Assembly: GCA_030704615.1 (NCBI GenBank)
Contig: CM060733.1
Location: 71,858,001-71,922,000, forward strand
From: Takakia lepidozioides
Taxonomy: Eukaryota > Plantae > Bryophyta
Length of the DNA stretch: 64,000 nt
Direction: 5' to 3'
Numbering within the stretch: the first letter of the stretch is position 1; each line of letters begins with the position of its first letter. This document shows positions 61,193 through 64,000 of the stretch, in pieces. Position numbers and translations under genes: made by a program. Below the pieces are notes generated by a model that ran no database searches, was not told where the DNA came from, and saw nothing but the letters and a program-made list of their open reading frames with translations.

Positions 61193-63640
61193 TGCCACAA
61201 TGATAAGATAAGAAAGCTAAATAATAACACACTGTTGACACAAGAAACATGAAAACAACAGATCACTCATCATTATTTAAAATAGAAGTCGAGCCAGGGG
61301 CACCCCAAGCTATATGGGGACTCCACCCCACAACAACCTATCCTCCCATCATAAGCACACTCAACTCTAAACGGGGTTGAAGGAGCTCGGTCGTGCAGGC
61401 TCAACTCGAGAGAGATGAGCTGCGCGACTGACGCTCTCGTGAAGATAAGACGGTTAGGTTCAGGTGTCAAAACTAAACTTGACACCTGATTAACACTTGA
61501 ACTAAATCAAGTGTTAAATACAAATAACTAGCTTTTCTAGTTAGTTTCACACTGTGCTTATTTAACTGACAGCTGTCGTGCGCATATGTATGCTACACAA
61601 ACTACATCGTTGTCCAAACCACACCACACATATATGCACAATAAAGTAGTCTGCCACAATCGCCCCCCTAGCTGGGGATAGGTCCCTCTACCTCCAGATA
61701 GCTACAAGATGTAATAACCACAGCCGTACTAAGTCCTCTATCACGTCCTATTATACTCAAACTCTATAGACCAAGAGGCCGGGTACAAGAGTAGCCCCAT
61801 CATTAGTTGCCGTCTTGCAATCTGTGAACTGAGCCAATATCTCGTGTGTTCAAGGGGTCTCCTAGTAGCTTGGCCTTGCATTCTTGTTAGCCTTCCATGG
61901 TTGTATATCCACACCCACTATCCAATGCAATGTGGAATAACCAAATCCCCATCCGGAACCATCTCAAGAGGTGGAGTCAAGCATCCCATATGCCAACCTC
62001 TAGAGCATCGATCACACACCAGCATGGGGATGCCCCTCTAGCAGACCCACACAAACATGCACCTCACTCAAACTTGCAGATACCAATGCCACCGCTTGGT
62101 CAATCATGCCATCAACATCGGAAGGTGACATGGCGCACAATTACGCACATGGTCCTTCCAAGTTATGCCATCCCGACCCTCCAAGACCAAGACGCCTGAG
62201 GGCAAAACCTCTCGAACCCTCAAAAATAATAACACGTCTACAATTACAATGGCAAGGTTCTCGAAAGCCATGGGCATGACTTTCTTGAATAACTCTCGCA
62301 CGCTGCTCACATGCACGTGCCCACACGTCCGGATCATCAAGATTAAGAACTGTAGCAGCTTCTCTGCGAATGGATGTAGGCAAATCCGGCTCTCAGCCAA
62401 CAAAGAGAAGAAAGTTATGGTGAGAGGGGGAGGCAAGTTGATGCTTGCTTGCTGAACCTGTAGCCATAGCTAACCAGGATAACTGAAGGTCCCAATCTCC
62501 TAGGTGTCCCTTCTGCAAGCCATACTTGCGCAAACCCCTCTTTACTGTCTGAACAACTCTCTCTGCCAAGCCATCGGCCTCAGGATGATCCCGAGAGTGG
62601 TGCGGTGGTCATCAAGGCCTTGTCAACAAAACTCTGAACAACTCCCCAAGAACTCTCTCCCTTGGTCCGTGAGTACCTCAGCTGGAGCACCGAATCGGCC
62701 TAAGCACACAATCCAAGAATGCATACGCAGCTCCCTCACTAGCCTTATCAGGAAATGGAACCAACTCAATCCACTTGGAGAAGTGCTCCACCACATCACA
62801 AAAACGTACTGTTATGGCGAATGGTCAGTGTGAAGGGCAACGGCCTGCGAAGTCAAGACTCCACCTGTAGCCAATCCCATGATCTGGAAGAGGGTGTGCA
62901 ATTGTGAGTAGGGGCGTTGAATGAAGAACGCACCCTGTTAACACACCATGCACCTAGCCACAAATTGTTGCACCTCTGTGTGCATACCACGCCACCAATA
63001 CTGCCCCTGCGCAGTATTGACTATGAGTGCGTCGCACCCCAAAATGCCCCAACTCCTCATGGGCATGCCGCACTAACCGCGTGCCGCTGTGTTGGGTGAG
63101 CGCAACAATCCTCACTCAACCATCTTCCCACACTCCGAGAGCAGGTGTGTCCCCTCCCACTTGAACCTTTTGGCTCGTTGTAGGATCCGATCCCTCTCCT
63201 TAGCAGTCACAGTGGCTGCCGTGTCTCCAGTGCGAAGATAGATCGTCAACACAGCTGAATCCTCATGTATATCTTTGACGCCACCTTGCTCATTGCTGAC
63301 CTCAGGGTCCTCAGACATTTGATCTACAATCATCCCTGTTGCAAGTCCAACCTGGCCTTCCGCTGCCAAGATACACAGAAAGCAGAAGAGCATGCCATCT
63401 CGGGCACCATCTCCATCCAGTCCACCATGCCACCGAGCTCCAGTGTCAATCCTGTGGCTCGCGGCAGGATTGCGACTCAACCCATCTGCAGTGCGATGAC
63501 CAAACCCGCGTCGATGCACAACTGTGAAAGTCATGACTCTGAAGGATGAGCTGTGCCCACCGGTGTTTTTGCAAGATTCCCCGTAAGCTTGTTCTGCACT
63601 CCTATCAACTACTTGCAGTGGCTTTTTGGGATTCCGACGT
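61193..63640 (-). mobile_element. Degraded, truncated second copy of the DNMT/PHD Gypsy family (LTR B+A, PPT, PHD, integrase, RNase H end)
   Basis: Collinear with ~8030-10540, with many indels and a ~130-bp deletion near 62240; retains the GACAGCTGTC junction at ~61568-61577. Confidence 0.9.
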
Positions 63641-64000
63641 GATCTGCGACGTCAATCAGTACAGAGAATGCACAAGCAATCAATCCAACCTGCCTTCAGG
63701 GAGATTGCGAAGAAGATGGGGCGTGGATGATGAAGCTAACACACATACAGATAGGGACACTCCCGCCCGCCCCAAACCCCGGCTTGAAAAATTCGAAGTC
63801 CTGGGGGGAAACCACTCACCACATTAAAAGCAAGTGTGGCGGATTCTGCCACTTTTTCGGCCTGATTCTCAAGCCGAATCGGCCACCCAGGGCAAAATCG
63901 GCAGGGATGGCCGATTGCGCACAGAGGACGGCAGACCCAAGGCCCATGTCTATCGGCCATCAATCAACCCCACATCCCCCTGACGCTCGCCCCGTTTATA

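Overview
Eukaryotic, transposon-dense nuclear DNA, most likely from a non-seed land plant or close relative (inferred from PLS-type PPR-DYW remnants, a receptor-kinase fragment and GT-AG introns). No clearly intact host gene is visible, and many homopolymer indels could be assembly errors. Contents: (1) a decayed CACTA/EnSpm transposase gene (1.7-5.4 kb); (2) a young 11.8-kb Ty3/Gypsy-like retrotransposon (7951-19752, minus). It encodes Gag-protease fused to a complete DNMT3-like C5-cytosine methyltransferase, then a UAG-CAA-CCA readthrough-type stop, then RT-RNaseH-DDE integrase-PHD finger. It has a Tf1-like self-priming site and circularly permuted (split) LTRs that look like a 2-LTR circle opened at an internal GACAGCTGTC palindrome; a degraded second copy lies at 61.2-63.6 kb; (3) a spliced gene for a ParB/Srx-like domain fused to a beta-class (N4C/N6A-type) methyltransferase fold (29.7-37.4 kb), surrounded by palindromic tandem arrays and apparently lying directly upstream of the CACTA transposase in the parent element, with a divergent homologue carrying its own palindrome set at 58-61 kb; (4) two Mutator-like transposase pseudogenes, a deleted chromovirus, a LINE ORF1 remnant and PPR-DYW pseudogenes. 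All domain calls come from motif recognition by eye, not from database searches.
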